A DNA stretch of 64,000 nt from Botryllus schlosseri. Lineage: Eukaryota. How positions within the stretch are numbered: the stretch's first letter is position 1; every line of letters begins with the position of its first letter. The stretch is taken from assembly GCA_051294905.1 (NCBI GenBank), contig CM119386.1, forward strand, positions 15,252,001 to 15,316,000, written 5' to 3'. Under the pieces are notes generated by a model, which was not told the DNA's origin, ran no database searches, and saw only the letters and a list, made by a program, of their open reading frames with translations. The translations under genes and the position numbers were made by a program. This document shows positions 1 through 11,400 of this stretch, piece after piece.

Positions 1-215
1 CTATAGACAGCCTAACAATTTCATGGGGTGAACAGAAAATTTTGATTTTTTTTAATTCATTTTATATAATAAAATAAAAAAAACTTTTTTCTATTGTAGC
101 AATGCTACTGGTTGGAATTGAGCCAAATTTGGTGTGCAGGCTTCAATTACGTAACCTAACAATTTTATCAAGTAGTCAGTAGAATTTGAGGGAAAAAGTC
201 ATTTTTAACACCCCT
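1..215 (-). repeat. Interspersed repeat fragment, inverted copy of about 1440-1657
   Basis: The reverse complement of ctatagacagcctaacaatttcatggggtgaacagaaaattt (1-42) recurs near-identically at 1616-1657, and similarity extends about 215 bp. Confidence 0.85.
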
Positions 216-349
216 ACTATACAGATGTTAACCATTCTCGTGGTTATGGGAATGCACTGTGGTTTGATATGAACTTATTTTTGCTGTTTTCATTTCCCAT
301 TCACAATTTCATTCAATTTCCAAGTTTTTTGCGAATTCGGTAATTGTAT

Positions 350-850
350 TTATAATCTAATTTGGAAAAGAACTGTGTAGCTCTAATTCTAATTCTAATC
401 TATTTTGGAGGAAACTATGTCGATCTAATTCTAATTCTAATCTAATTCGATAAAGCTGAAAATTTTATAGTTGTCCAAGTCTGGTTGTACTGACGTGAGG
501 TTTTAAAAACTAGAATGCTGTTTGCAGACTACAAGCTACAATATGCTAGCAGGCTATTACTCGTCACAATAACTACTATGACTGTAAGGTGTAAGGCGAT
601 GGCGGCTTGGCACTGGATTTCCTTGCGCGAGACGGATATATCCTTGTTAACTCGCTGCAAAATGCCTCGGACTAAGAGGCATTTTTAGGAAAACAATAAA
701 TTAGATTAGAGCTAAAATTGGACCATAAAGACATTTCACAAATCAGATTAGAATTAAAATTAGACCATGGAAACATTTCACAAATTAGATTAAAATTAGA
801 TTAATGGCATTTCGCTCTAATTAAGTGAAATTAGGCAACTAGAATTATTT
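350..850. repeat. Opposed CTAATT/CTAATC and AATTAG/GATTAG microrepeat blocks, probably subterminal repeats of a decayed MITE
   Basis: ctaatt-type units at 350-460 and complementary aattag-type units at 700-850. No convincing TIR or TSD. Confidence 0.4.
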
Positions 851-1043
851 AGTTATTTAAGTCTGTCTGCGACAGGGTTGCGCAACTCCGCGAGTTGCGA
901 GGGAGGTGTTAGCAGTTGCTGATCGTGATCTTTATATCACCGCTCTAGTTTTGGGTTACCATATTTCTCTGACTCAAATTACGGACACTCTTTAGCGCCC
1001 ATTAGTGGATTTCAAAATGAGGTATGAGCACATTGCTTATAAA

Positions 1044-2150
1044 CAGGGTTGCCTTCGACATGGACCCAAAAATAAGGACAGTAGAAAAATTAGATTGGCA
1101 ATAAAAAAGCGTTTTTGTACATACTTTATATTTATACGAGCCGTGCCATATCACATTCAATACTTTTTGCCAGAAACATTCAGCTCTAGCAACTCCTTGT
1201 TATTAAAAGGTGCTTCATGGATCTCACGACAGCCCAGGTCTAGGTTTACCTTTACTTGTTACTGGGGTTTGACTGTCACTAAGTCTGTTTCATTCCTTGG
1301 TCCACTTCGCCGAAACAAGAGAGAATACTCTGTAACTTTAACTAAACTATATGGAAAGAGTGACTTCTTGTCACTTCCATTGTTACGGCTCCCTTTGCTA
1401 GATTGACATTATTTTGAATCTGGATTACGCATGGGGGTTAGGGTTCTTCAAAAATTAATTTTTTTCTGAAATCGTACTGGCTACTTGATGAAATTGTTAG
1501 GTTACCTACTTTAAGCCTACACACAAAATTTGGTTCAATGCCAGCCAGTAACCGCTTTGCTACAGGAGAAGAAAGTTTCTATTTATTATATAAAAATAAA
1601 TAATAAAAAAACTGAAAATTTTCTGTTCACCCCATGAAAGTGTTAGGTTGTCTATAGAAACGATGCTCACCAAATTTGGTTCAATTCCAACCAGTGAAAG
1701 CGGAGTTATTGCCGTCGAAAAATTTGGATTTGAATAAAATAGTATTTACGGTGACCGATTCTTTGTTTATTTATTATAGCCATGCTCACCGTAAATACTA
1801 TTTTATTCAAATCCAAATTTTTCGACGGCAATAACTGAAACTACCATACCACTCATTGTCCCAGCTATCTCACCACCTAGAAGTCAAATCCTGTGGTATG
1901 CACGCCACGGGAGTTCCGGTCATGTATGATGTCATAAAATCTCGACGCAAAAGCATTATTTTTGAATATTATGCAACACATGTATCAGAGAAAAACGATC
2001 GAAGTTCTGTAGTTGTTGAAAATAAGACAAAATAAGGACGCAAGTCGAAAATAAGGACATTTCTTAGAAATAAGGACAGTCGAGTTTTCTAAGACCTGGC
2101 CCTTCAAAGTAAGGACAAATCTTAGAAATAAGGACGGTATGGCAACCCTG
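1044..2150. mobile_element. Non-autonomous hAT-type element (1,107 bp)
   Basis: TIR CAGGGTTGCC...GGCAACCCTG. Perfect 8-bp TSD CTTATAAA (1036-1043, 2151-2158). Subterminal AAATAAGGAC repeats. Confidence 0.92.
1704..1836. repeat. Perfect 51-bp inverted repeat with a 31-bp spacer
   Basis: 1704-1754 (agttattgccgtcg...tttacggtga) is the exact reverse complement of 1786-1836. Confidence 0.95.
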
Positions 2151-2313
2151 CTTATAAATATGACGTCACACTAGTAAAGCTTTGCTTATCGACCATAGGT
2201 GGTCACGATCCGGTTCAGGAGTATGTGGCTGTGTGTTGCGTAACCAGGACCGAAACCACATTTTTCAGCCCCCTCCCACCCAAATAAACAATGATTTTGG
2301 GCCTGCCATAGGG

Positions 2314-2662
2314 TAGGGTTACCATATTTTCGAAATCTGAAAAGAGGACACTTTTTCAAAATTTTCAAACTTACTTTCAAATGACTAAAAAAAGTTCATC
2401 TTTCCGGCTCAGATTCCGAATTACTGGCTTTCTCTGAGCTTTTTCCATTGGTTGACTAAAAAAAGTCTTTCTTCTGGCTCAAGTCCCGAAAACCCGGTTG
2501 GGTCGTTACCTGGCCGCTGATTCAGTATATCTCAGTCCAATTTCCACGTACATTTAACCAAATATTTCAAAATAGAGGACATTCAGGCGTACTCCGAGGA
2601 CACTTTCAAAAAAGTCAAAAAAGAGGACAAATCCCTTTAAAAGAGGCCGTATGGTAACTCGA
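2314..2662. mobile_element. hAT-type MITE (349 bp)
   Basis: TAGGGTTACCATA...TATGGTAACTCGA (degenerate TIR). TSD CCATAGGG/ACATAGGC (6/8). AAAAGAGGAC subterminal repeats. Absent from the sister copy near 5595. Confidence 0.75.
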
Positions 2663-2867
2663 ACATAGGCTAATCGATGCAACTTTGGGGGGGGCTTGCT
2701 ATATGTATCTGGTCGTTAATTTTTTTGAATGAATTCTGTCAATAATATTGGTTCTTCCATATATTACTATGTATAGTTTCATCCGATCTCCGCCCACATG
2801 ATCAGAGTTAGCGGTAGAGCTGGTGGAAGACGATGACTTCGAAAATACAGGGAGCGTTAATTGTTAA

Positions 2868-4734
2868 AGGTCAACTATATCGACCGAAACAACTTTGGCT
2901 CATTCAGTAGAGTTTTACATGCTGATTCCAAAAATATACACCATACCTTCTAAAATTACGTATTTTCTGAGATATCGAGCAGCGAAAGTCGCAAAATGCC
3001 ACCACAGATGAAAACGGTAGTAAAATCAATGAAGCATGTCGATGACGTAGAACCATGAGGATTTCTGATGCTGCGGCTGTGGTGTATGTATTGAAGTGGG
3101 ATAATGTCAACCTCTGAAGCTGTGGACTCAACTGATAGCTACACGGTGTCTAGTAAATCTGATTCCGACACTATTGAGGAATTCCCGTATATAGGTAAGC
3201 CATTGAATGGTATATACAATCAGACATTACTGGACGACGAAAGTACCGTACCGTTTGGTCAAATGATTGGACTTGCGCGTCTAAAACAATTAGTGTAACG
3301 CATGCATGTAAGATTGCGCGGTATGCTGACGATCTAAGCTTGAAGACCGATGCATATAACTAATACATATTGACTTTTCAGAGACGCTAGACCTGACTAG
3401 ATTCACTCAAAGGAATTCAGCTCCGCCGCATGCACCGGATCCGAAGTATTCCGACGTCGCTGATCAGTTCTCACAGAGTGCTACTTCCACTTTATCTTTG
3501 TATGTAATAAAATGGCTTTACTCAAAAGCTTTTACTGGATTCTAATACATACAGAAAAGTCGAAAGCTTTTATTGGGTTCTAATAAATACAGAATCGCAA
3601 AAATTATAATATCATAGAAGGAAATTATCTCAATAAATCTCTGTGAATAAGTGATATTCCCAGGATTCTTCGTCGAATTTTCTTTTTTTGATGTTATGCT
3701 CCAGCATGATGCCCTCGGCCAGGATTGTCAATGTTTCTGAAATAATAATTTACAGCAGAAATCCAATCATATACACTCACTAACACTCCCATTTACTTTA
3801 TTTTTATTGTAACACCGGCTCAATATCTATGTGAAAGCCAGCAGCAGGACAAGAGTTTGTTATGTAAGCCTAGATCAGGGGTGGTTGTTTGAAGTTACAA
3901 AACTCTGAATTTGTTGGGAAAAGTGAGGTTGAAATAATAATTACCTACCGTGACACGGCATCATCGTGATGTATGGCTTGATCTCGTTGCAATCTTGCAC
4001 GTGCAGCAGCAAGGGGAGGGGGTTATGGCCACACCTCGTGGTCAACTGGTCAATGATTGAATGACAGATGTGCCTCCAGAAGTCGTTCTTCACCATTGTA
4101 CAGCATCCTTTGCGGTAGAGAAAGTGTGATGGCAAAGTGCTCCTACTCCGACTACAGCAGCTTATTGAAAAACACTGTACATCGGTGAGCACAGCAGCCT
4201 TCCTTATATTGGACTGCAAAAGGGTCATTCCGGACTTGCTTTTCTTCTGCTCTCTGCATCTGTTTTCATTGAAGTGCGGGGCAGCTAGCCGTCCTCGTCC
4301 TTACTGAGGTGGCGTGTCCATGGGATCAATACATGAGATGGAAACAGAACTGCTTGCCTTGCACGTTGGCTTCTGTACTTCCTCTACACAAGCCATCGCA
4401 AATTATAAGAACCTAAAGTACCATTAAATGAAGATTGAATAGTCCAGTCGGGCATGACAAATCAAAACAACGCAGCATCAGGTAATTTAGGCGAAGACAA
4501 CAACCAACGATTGACTAGACATCCCATTCAGTGTTCCATGTGTCGGCAAAATCCTCATGGTAGTACGTCATCGACACGGTTGCTGATTTTACAGCCGTTT
4601 CTCAGAGGTCGGCAGTTTGCACTGCGATATCTCAGAAAATACGTAATTTTAGAAGTTAGGATGTATATTATTGGAATCAGCATAAAAAACTCTACAAAAT
4701 GAGCCAAAGTTGTTTTGGTCGATATAGTTGACCT
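2868..4734. mobile_element. Kolobok-like non-autonomous DNA transposon (1,867 bp)
   Basis: TTAA|AGGTCAACTATATCGACC...GGTCGATATAGTTGACCT|TTAA. TIRs of about 190-200 bp (2868-3066 and 4548-4734). The sister copy has a single TTAA at 5806-5809. A TTAA TSD with RR termini is the Kolobok pattern, whereas piggyBac starts CC/YY. Confidence 0.8.
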
Positions 4735-4811
4735 TTAAGTCATGTTCATGTCACACCGATAAGGTTATTTGTCATCCTAATGCTGGTTTCTAACATTTTA
4801 TGGTCGTGACT

Positions 4812-4840
4812 TAGGGATATATAGAACTGTATATATCCCT
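4812..4840. mobile_element. 29-bp hairpin insertion with a 9-bp duplication (collapsed Mutator-like MITE?)
   Basis: GTCGTGACT (4803-4811), then t-AGGGATATATA-gaactg-TATATATCCCT, then GTCGTGACT (4841-4849). The sister copy has one site (gtcgcgact, about 5916). Confidence 0.7.
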
Positions 4841-5171
4841 GTCGTGACTCCATCTCCAATTTGAAAATGTTCCGTGACCCAGATCAAAATTTGACGAGCT
4901 CATTACTAGTTTGGAAGCTAATTACGCTCAACATCTTCGCGAACCCCAGAATGAAGGCAAACGACTCCCCGGTTTAGAACCACTATCTTTGAATAAAGCA
5001 TTTAAACAGCCTTAACCGTCTCGAAGAATATACAGTTCTCCTATAATTGCGCTTTCAATTAGGCTTATTTCAGTAAATGAAGGTTATTTTTATTTATTTT
5101 TTATTGCAGTTTTTGCGAAGGTGGTATACCTGACAGTAAATCGCGCGCAGCGCGAAGAAAAATAAATCCCG

Positions 5172-6610
5172 TCGGAGGTTTATCTGGGCTCCTCTTCCCC
5201 CGCCGTTGCCGTTCTTACGGCGACAAAAAAAAGCCCAGAAAAAGAAAAAAACGGACGAAAGAAAACACTCACAAGGAATGGAAATAACTAGTAGAAAGGG
5301 CCTCGGCTTAAAAAGATCGATATCAAAAAGAACTGTGACATCGGGCACTCTAGGCTAGGGTTACTGTATTTCTGTTACCCAAATTCCGGACACTCTTTAG
5401 TGCCCACTAGTGGATTTCAAAATGAGTTATGAGCACATTGTCTGTCAATTTGACGTCACACTAGAAAAGCTTTGCCTATAGACCAGAGGTGGTCACGGTC
5501 CGGTTCAGGAATACGTGGCTGTGTGTTGTGTAACCAGGACTGACACCACATTTTTTCAGCCCCTTTCCGCCCAAATAAAGAATGATTTTGGGCCCACGAT
5601 ACAGTAGTCGATGCAACTTCTGGGGGAGGGGGGGCTTGCTATATGCATCTGGTCATTAAATTTTTTGAATTAATTCTGTCAATAATATTGGGCCTTCCAT
5701 ATTACTATATAGTTTGATCCTCTCTTCGCCCACATGATCAGAGTTAGCGGCAGAGCTGGTGGAGGATAATGACTTCGAAAATACAGGAAGCGTATTTGTA
5801 CATCGTTAAGTCATGTTCCTGTCAAACCGATAAGATTGTCTATCAGCCTTATGACGGTGCGCACCATGGAGCTTTATAAACACCCCACACCCAGTGGTTT
5901 CCACAGCCTTTTCTGGTCGCGACTCCATCTCCAGTTTGAAAATGTTCCGTGGCCCGATGAAAATTTGACGAGCTCATTACTAATAGAAGTACGCATTTTT
6001 GCCCAGACTTACTCACGGGCTAAATTGGAAGCTGATTACCTTCAACATCTTCGCGAACCGGCGAATAAAGGCAAACGACCCCCACGAAACGAACCACTAT
6101 CTTTGAATAAGGCATTTAAACGGCCGTAACCATCTCTAGGAATACACCGTTCTCCTATAGTTGCGATTACAATTAGGCTTAATTCAAGAAATGAAGAATA
6201 GGCCTATTTTTATTTATTTTTATTTCAGTTTTTGCGAGGGTGGTAGTCCCCATAATAAAATCAATAATCGTGATAGTATCGCGCACAGCGCGAAGAAAAA
6301 TGTCATGTAGCATTAATATTCCCCAAAATAATGTTACTATGTCGATTTACGAAAAAATTATGAGCCTTCGTCAAGCGTTCAAAATTCCGGACATTTAGGC
6401 ATATTTTAGAAATTTCTCCCGGACGCAAGTTTGAACAGTGAAATTCCGGACATGTCCGGGAAATTCCGGACGTATGGCAACCGTACTCTAGGCCAAGGTG
6501 GATGTTAGAGTAGGGATCGCTAGATTCGCTACTGAAGCGTGTCGTTCGTCATCTTCCTATCTGTTCATGTTCATGACATCGCATTGTGTCTTATCGCATT
6601 GTACATGTAT
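5172..6610 (+). mobile_element. 5'-truncated SINE copy interrupted by the 5356-6485 hAT element
   Basis: 5172-5355 and 6494-6610 are colinear with the reverse complement of 57775-58035 (ggaggtt.tctgggctcctc...cttacggcgac...tcctatctgttca). Confidence 0.65.
5356..6485. mobile_element. Non-autonomous hAT-type element (1,130 bp)
   Basis: TAGGGTTACTGTA...CGTATGGCAACCGTA. Perfect TSD CTCTAGGC (5348-5355, 6486-6493). AAATTCCGGAC subterminal repeats. Confidence 0.9.
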
Positions 6611-6729
6611 GTGACTTGTTCAGATGAAAAATATAACCCGACGATAATGATATAGATTGCCAACTTTAAACATATTTCAGCATTTTTTTCCTTGACACGC
6701 GCGCGCGTTATTCATCCCACACACGTATT

Positions 6730-7325
6730 ATAGATAACTAACCTACGGATAGATGGGCAACACGAGAGTTACGGTCGAGTGATGCGACAACGGCAGATTT
6801 GTTGTCGCTTCATAGCATGAAACGAGAGCATAATTGCTAATCCCATAGATGACGACCCGAGCGCTCAAATTAAATAAAGTTGATCTTATTTGAAAGCTAC
6901 AGTCGCGCTGATTCTGATAATATACATTAAATTTTCATCAAGGCAATGGAACCACCCCGAAATAGCCTTCAAAATATGAAAATCGGCATTGTTCTAAACA
7001 ATCGCAACCACGCACGGACCGTTGTTATGGTCATTGTGCTGCGCCGTTGCAATTGTTTTAGAACAATGCCGATTTTCATATTTTGAATGCTATTTCGGAT
7101 TGGTTCCATTGCCTTGATGAAAATTTAATGTATATTATCAGAATCAGCGCGACTGTAGCTTTCAAATAAGATCAACTTTATTTAATTTGAGCGCTCGGGT
7201 CGTCATCTATGGGATTAGCAATTACGCTCCCGTTTCATGCTATGAAGCGACAACAAATCTGCCGTTGTCGCATCACTCAACCGTGACTCTCGTCTTGCCC
7301 ATCTATCCGTAGGTTAGTTATCTAT
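6730..7325. mobile_element. Foldback/Mutator-like MITE (596 bp)
   Basis: Near-perfect inverted arms of about 275 bp (6730-7007 and 7048-7325) with a short spacer. 9-bp TSD ACACGTATT/ACACGTATA (6721-6729, 7326-7334). Confidence 0.85.
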
Positions 7326-7739
7326 ACACGTATATCGCAAATGAATGACGGCCGATTCTCACCGCTTTATCGCCCCCTATGGTGGGATGGCGGTCGTAAT
7401 TTTGCCTCCGTAAGGCTACCATTGTGTGCAGAAATATTGCAGTTGTTTGTCCTTTATGGCGACTCGTTACTGTGAATGCATGAGTTGTTGGTTATTGCAA
7501 CACTACTAATGCCTGATTTCATGTCACTGGTAGCGAAAGCAAGACCCTACTTCTTCATTATAGCTGCTCGAGAAGCCTTAGCGTGGGACTGCTTTAACTA
7601 TGAACTGCTGCTGACATTGTCTTTTGATGTCACTAGTAACAGGAACAATTTACGCAGTAATCTAGAAGTCCTTTGACATCCTTGCTGGATGACCGTTGAC
7701 GCATACGTTTCCATCGATTCCGTTCATTATATCAACACG

Positions 7740-7880
7740 GACGACTGAGCTATTTGGTTTTGTTTCCTTTGTCTCATTCTCTCGAAAAAGGTTGCACTAA
7801 AGGGGAATTACCGTCGACGCAACGATGCTATCGAAGCTAGCGGCATTGAAGAGGAAATCTGGGCTTTGTTTAGTGAGGCG
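7740..7880 (+). other. Candidate first exon (5' boundary unknown)
   Basis: Strong donor GCG|gtgagt after 7880, followed by an acceptor ending at 8257. The segment is CpG-richer than its flanks. An ATG at 7825 is open to the donor. Confidence 0.35.
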
Positions 7881-8308
7881 GTGAGTCCGGTGACATGCGA
7901 TCGGCTTGGCATAGAAATGACTCGCGTCGATATTATCTCAACAAAGTTTACTTTGTTTGCGATATATATATGATTTACTCTGCGTCAAGGATAACGTTTT
8001 CTGTTCTGCGTTGAATAGTCGAACAGGTTGAGCATGACTTCATAAGCTTTATTTGTAAGTGCACCGCTAAATATCGCTAGTCGCAATTACTAAATGCGCT
8101 AGCGCAGTTGTTGCTTTGCGTCGGGCTGTTATCTTGTGATGTAATTTAAAGGCCTAGAGATGCCTGTATGGAACCACCTTTTCAATTGGTCAATATATTG
8201 AGTCGAATCGACTGTTATTTGTTGGTATATAACCTGCTGATTTGATCCTTTTGACAGGCAATCTGCCAATTTAATGTGTAATAATGAATAGAACGGGCTG
8301 ACGACGTT

Positions 8309-8496
8309 ATGAAGGAGAGTGAATTATCAGAATGCATCTGCATCTTGCTGAAGAAATTTATCCCCGAAGATAACATTGTTGACGCTAGAAAGCTGTTTGT
8401 TCGACATGGCATTCTATCAAAAGGTAACATATCTACTCTAAAATGCTTGTTAATTGAAGCGAAGCTTTTTAAACAGATAATGCATTCTGACTTTTG
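8309..8496 (+). CDS. Exon encoding a death-effector-domain (DED)-like death fold
   Basis: MKESELSECICILLKKFIPEDNIVDARKLFVRHGILSKGNISTLKCLLIEAKLFKQI matches the caspase-8/FADD DED pattern (EL..L..L...IP, I.DA..LF, L...N.S.LK.LL), compared from memory. Acceptor ttttgacag ends at 8257; donor TG|gtgaga follows 8496. Helix 1 is incomplete unless a frameshift near 8288 is assumed. Confidence 0.65.
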
Positions 8497-11400
8497 GTGA
8501 GATCATATTATACAATGTTGCATATTGTACACTGTAAGTTACTCGATGAATTGTCAAGTACCTAAAGGATGATACTTTGATACATAAAAGACTTGAGCCC
8601 ATTTGTTATGTTTGGACTAAACTGATACATATTAGGATCGTGGGACTGAAGGAGACCCGGAGTGGAATTGGTGGCAACGTCACGCAGGATTTTCTGTTTA
8701 ATTCCTTAATTATTCTATATAGAAAGGCTCTCATCACGCAGGATTTATTTCAAAAAATGGACAGAGATTCCATATAGGAAGGAGACAATATTTGAAACTT
8801 CACTTCCAGTGACACATCATCATCATCAAGAATAGTCATTGTATCAACAAGTTGCTTTTTTACATTGCATGAAGAATATAAAAGTATAGCCACAGACATT
8901 CGTTCAAATTCAACAACTGGTTATAAAGTGGCAGCTATAAATGAATCCATAAACAGTGTCTCTGGACGGTATATTGAAGATCATACGGTACTTGTTAGTC
9001 CGTTTTCTGATTACTGACTTTTTATATTTTGTTATCTTATCGATATGTTCCAGGCCAGAAGAGGAAATTCAAAGTACCCAAACATCCAGAAGGAATCCGA
9101 CCTTTCTCGAGATTGTTGACTATTGTTACAGAAAAAAAATGCATTGATAAATTGTGCAATGCGATTTCAGATCCAGGTATTTATGGTCAAAAACTTCAAC
9201 TGCAGCCTTGCATTGTTTTTATAGTACTCCCGGAAATTGAGCTCGAGTTCACACGCTTTGCCGTATATCTATAAAAATTCTTCGGCCAGTATTTTCATAT
9301 ACAAATTAGAGGGTTTATGTTGAAACGGATTGAAAATCCTGTATGTCTGTGTAATGTTTTTAGATTTCCCGCTGGATCAAGCCGTTCTCAATCTCATCAC
9401 ATTTGTTGTAATCTTTCAAAAGAAAGAATGGCTTTTTATCATCAAGAAATGGGACGAGAATGGATTTGCATCCTTTGAAGATTTGAAAGCAGTGGTAAAG
9501 AATCCACCAAAGTGGGTTTGACATTCTGTGTCTTTATTACTACATGTCCCAATCACAACGGTCTCGATTTCAGAGGAGATTGGTTTCAAGCAGTCTTGTT
9601 GCAAGCATTTCATGAAGTAGTATCTAATGATACAGAGCAACCGGCATTCGAAGCCATTATGTCAAAGATCTCAGTAAGTTACACTTATAGAGACTGTTAT
9701 ATTGTAGAATGTATGTTAAAGGTAATATATTCTTACCAAGTGACTTCCTTGACCTTGTATACTATAATATTTGTCACCATTATTTTAAATTGCCACAATT
9801 CATTGGTCATTACTCAAAGTAATAGTGACCATTTTGAGATGTAGTGTGATTGCCCTTGTAGTCACAATGTGGATTTATAGTTTGATTTTGAGCTTGATTG
9901 GGGAACTACTATAAAGTGACATGACCATGACCATTCGTATCATTGAATCAGGCTTTGAGATTAGGTGTTAGACCACGTTAGAACCTACCTAGTTGGGTGC
10001 TGGGCAACTCTGGTATTTGAAAGATTTATATATTTCTGCAATATGGTAGTACTGCTGGCTCTGGATAAATTTTCAATTACTATCTGTCCTTGATACACTC
10101 AACATTCCTGAGAGATTGAAGGGTATATCCTAGATGTGTATGTGTGTGAATTCGTAATTCCCAGAGAACTTAGGATTGACTGTAGTCACCTAAGTGAACC
10201 CTACGATCAGAAACTGCAACATTGACATTACCTAAGGGGTGCTTTTCTTGTCATGACCTGTGACGAGGGCCTTCATAACACTCATACTAGAACTAGTGCT
10301 TGGTAAACTCACTCAAGTACCTGACTCATTTGACTTCAAGCTGATAATGAGGCGTTCTGTTGTGTATTTGGGTATCGGTTAGTGTGACTCAAACAAAACC
10401 ATTGTCAGTTCAAATTTATAGATTTTTCAGTGATAAGATACAAAATTATGCCGGTTGAACTTCCTTGAAAACTGCATCTGGCAACCGAGAACTGTTTACT
10501 ATAGTGACTTCTGTCCATGATCAGTGATCGCTGTCCAGTGTTGTTTAAACTGTTGTTTCAATGAACATGATGCTGTTTTTCCATAATTGTATGTGTAGTA
10601 TATAGTGGTTTCAACTTTCAATGTTCCATTAGTGATAATTCTTGTTTATCAAATATTACTTGGTTACACGGAATTGCATTTTAATAGTCTTGAAAATCAT
10701 CTGCTAGTATTCATCTCGAACCGTGTCGAAGCTCAAATCTCAGTGCTCGTATTGCTGTGTCAAGCCTTATTAAAAGTAATGGTGTGATTTTAATATAAAG
10801 ATACCGGAGGAATCAGAAGAAAAGACATCATCGCCAGAAACTGATTACCACCTGAAATCGGATATTACAGGTGCACATGTTACTATTCCACACCTTCAGT
10901 ATTGTGAACTGATATGCAATATATATCCTATTTTAAAATTCATCACAATGAAATAGATGCTATAAGAGATATTCAACAGTACTCCTGATACAGTAGTCAC
11001 TCTCTAATTGTATTTCTGACTCTGAGTCAAATATCTAGAGTGTAGTGATGTAGGCTACCAATTAAAAGTAATCTTATCCATCTGCCTTCATTAGTGCATT
11101 AGTGTTTTGGATTTTCCTTTCTGTGGAATAGGTCTTATTTTGATAGTGGAGTTTTGTTTGGATATTACTCTCTCACAACGCGAGAAAGCAGTGACTCTGA
11201 AGTATTACTCATAACTTAAGGTTTACTGAAATTCCTCTACAATGTCACTCAATACCATCTGCTACTTATCACAAAATGTTGTACGGAATGTTACAAGAAA
11301 ATATATCATACCAATTCAAGTTAAACGTCAATATCGTTCTGGCAAGGCGATGGAGGGCAAGAAACTGATCAATCTCAAAGTCAGTTATAGTCTTTAAATG

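Larger units (their letters stand above)
951..5170 (+). mobile_element. Older 3'-truncated copy of the 5356-6485 hAT-type element, split by four insertions
   Basis: Segments 951-1043, 2159-2313, 2671-2867 and 4739-5170 align in order with 5356-6300. The 5' end ttgggttaccata resembles tagggttactgta. Confidence 0.8.

Noticed and set aside
872-950. CAGGGTTGCGCAAC hAT-like end with a small hairpin
   Set aside because: Isolated end with no partner TIR or TSD in the window.
1005-6129. ORF-track entries in the 5' repeat nest (e.g. 1005-1406, 5836-6129)
   Set aside because: They cross transposon junctions or lie in non-coding MITE bodies, and the sister copy does not preserve the frame.
11321-11380. 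Possible extra linker exon (VKRQYRSGKAMEGKKLINLK, donor gtcagt)
   Set aside because: Phase 1-0 does not fit the neighbouring phase-1 exons without another exon that I could not find.
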